Of a stretch of 64,000 bases of DNA, positions 61,259-64,000 are shown piece after piece. The first letter of the stretch is position 1; each line of letters starts with the position of its first letter. The notes beneath the pieces are model-generated. The model saw only the letters and a list, made by a program, of their open reading frames with translations, was not told the origin of the DNA and ran no database searches. Source of the stretch: Pseudomonadota bacterium (lineage in GTDB: Bacteria; Pseudomonadota; Gammaproteobacteria; Pseudomonadales; Oleiphilaceae). The stretch covers positions 214,447 through 278,446 of the forward strand of contig JBNJLG010000003.1 in NCBI GenBank assembly GCA_051751785.1, given 5' to 3'. A program made the position numbers and the translations under genes.

Positions 61259-62220
61259 ACATCAGCGTTGCTCAAACACCCCTGCTCCAGACAGGCCAGC
61301 ATAGGCTCCACTTCCCGGATTTTTCGAGCATGGGGCCATAACGCCTCAGCTTCTGCGAAGCCCTGCCGCAGGTAATTCAACCACTGCTTGATGCGGCCGG
61401 TCACAAACCGGTCCTCCAGGCGGGTCTGGAGTGCGCCTGCGTACTCACGCACCAGTAACAGTACCTGCGGCCAGGTCATTAACGGGTAATCTTCGCCAAG
61501 CTGTGAGGCCTTGATCCTGGCAGCCAGATCCGGCCGGGCAATCAGTCCACGACCAATCATCACATCTTCACAGCCCGACACATCCCGGCAGCGCCAGTAG
61601 TCGGCGACTGTCCAGATGTCGCCGTTTGCAATGACGTGGGTATCTACTGCCTCCCGCACTCTGGCGATTTCTTCCCAATAGGCCGGCGGCTTATAGCCAT
61701 CCACTTTACTGCGGGCGTGAATCACAATTTCCGATACGCCAGCGGCCTCCAGAGCCTGTGCGCAGGCCACACCCATGGAACGGTCCTCATATCCCAGCCG
61801 CATTTTTGCGGTAACAGGCACCTCAGCCGGTGTGGCTTTACGCACGGCCGCGGCAATCTCATGCATCAGTTCGGGTTCGCGCATGAGAACACAACCACCT
61901 TTGTGTTTGTTGACCGTTTTGGCCGGACAACCAAAGTTGATATCTACCTGCCCTGCGCCCAGCTCTGCCGCTTTAGCGCCATGCAGACCCATCATTTCCG
62001 GATTTGATCCCAACAGCTGGACAGCCACGGGTACGCCGGCATCAGTCAGCGCCTGTTTGTGCAATTCGGGGGCATACTTGTAGAAAATCCTGGGCGGCAA
62101 CATTCCGTGGGTCACACGAATGAATTCGGTTACGCACCGGTCAATTCCACCAACCCGGGTCAGGGTTTCACGGATGGGTGCGTCTACCAGCCCTTCCATC
62201 GGGGCAAGGATAACTCGCAT
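61243..62220 (-). CDS. dusC: tRNA-dihydrouridine(16) synthase DusC
   Basis: 325 aa, MRVILAPMEGLVDAPIRETLTRVGGIDRCVTEFIRV ... INFGCPAKTVNKHKGG. Confidence 0.9.
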   Translation of the reverse strand: MRVILAPMEGLVDAPIRETLTRVGGIDRCVTEFIRVTHGMLPPRIFYKYAPELHKQALTDAGVPVAVQLLGSNPEMMGLHGAKAAELGAGQVDINFGCPAKTVNKHKGGCVLMREPELMHEIAAAVRKATPAEVPVTAKMRLGYEDRSMGVACAQALEAAGVSEIVIHARSKVDGYKPPAYWEEIARVREAVDTHVIANGDIWTVADYWRCRDVSGCEDVMIGRGLIARPDLAARIKASQLGEDYPLMTWPQVLLLVREYAGALQTRLEDRFVTGRIKQWLNYLRQGFAEAEALWPHARKIREVEPMLACLEQGCLSNADVQVMP

Positions 62221-62312
62221 GAAAGCTCCGGCTTGGTTGCGGCAGGAAAGGTCAATTGCTGATCAGAAATCAGGCGGAGCCGGATTGTAAGGAATTTGGA
62301 GGGAAGTTGATA

Positions 62313-62341
62313 GCGGGGACACCCGCAATGGGGTGCCCCGC
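62313..62341 (-). terminator. Hairpin after katG
   Basis: GCGGGGACACCC-GCAAT-GGGGTGCCCCGC (6+4 bp with a 2-nt internal mismatch), 10 nt past the katG stop. Confidence 0.5.
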
Positions 62342-62350
62342 GTCAGGCAA

Positions 62351-64000
<1,650 letters not shown>

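Overview
This window is one contiguous stretch of a GC-rich gammaproteobacterial chromosome. The gene order resembles marine Pseudomonas or Marinobacter, but the taxon cannot be assigned from sequence alone.

- **nt 1-19,060:** a conserved housekeeping block, all on the minus strand except suhB. It runs der (partial)-bamB-yfgM-like-hisS-ispG-rodZ-pilW-rlmN-ndk-cysteine desulfurase-iscR-cysE-trmJ / suhB-like / secF-secD-yajC-tgt-queA-tRNA-Leu(CAA).
- **nt 19,140-30,512:** a complete flgBCDEFGHIJKL flagellar rod/hook/ring/hook-associated block on the minus strand, with two good sigma54 promoters.
- **nt 30.7-64 kb:** a mosaic of small operons:
  - ABC-2 exporter-queF-nitroreductase
  - PilZ plus a degenerate HD-GYP protein
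  - Fur-box-preceded FbpAB-type ABC genes
  - an uncharacterised COG2984-type ABC importer
  - split B12-dependent ribonucleotide reductase nrdJa/nrdJb with NrdR boxes
  - LOG
  - a GNAT-HDAC pair
  - an orphan membrane protein
  - a TonB-dependent receptor
  - a CaCA antiporter
  - DUF1206
  - an OMF-MFP-RND efflux operon
  - a small lipoprotein
  - GNAT-ogt
  - bacteriohemerythrin
  - dusC
  - katG (partial)

I saw no rRNA, CRISPR array, IS/transposase, integrase, prophage or recognisable defence genes. I did not find a clear-cut novel multi-gene system.

The observations I rate highest are:
1. A cobalamin-riboswitch-like leader in front of the uncharacterised ABC importer, which sits next to B12-dependent NrdJ.
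2. A SuhB homologue with both IMPase signature motifs destroyed.
3. A degenerate HD-GYP protein next to a canonical PilZ receptor.
4. An isc locus reduced to iscR plus a short desulfurase.
5. A nested palindrome carrying an FNR-type box upstream of hemerythrin.

All calls rest on reading the translated ORFs and on recalled motifs. No database search was run. The ORF track uses GTG/TTG as M, so several starts were moved to the first well-placed ATG.
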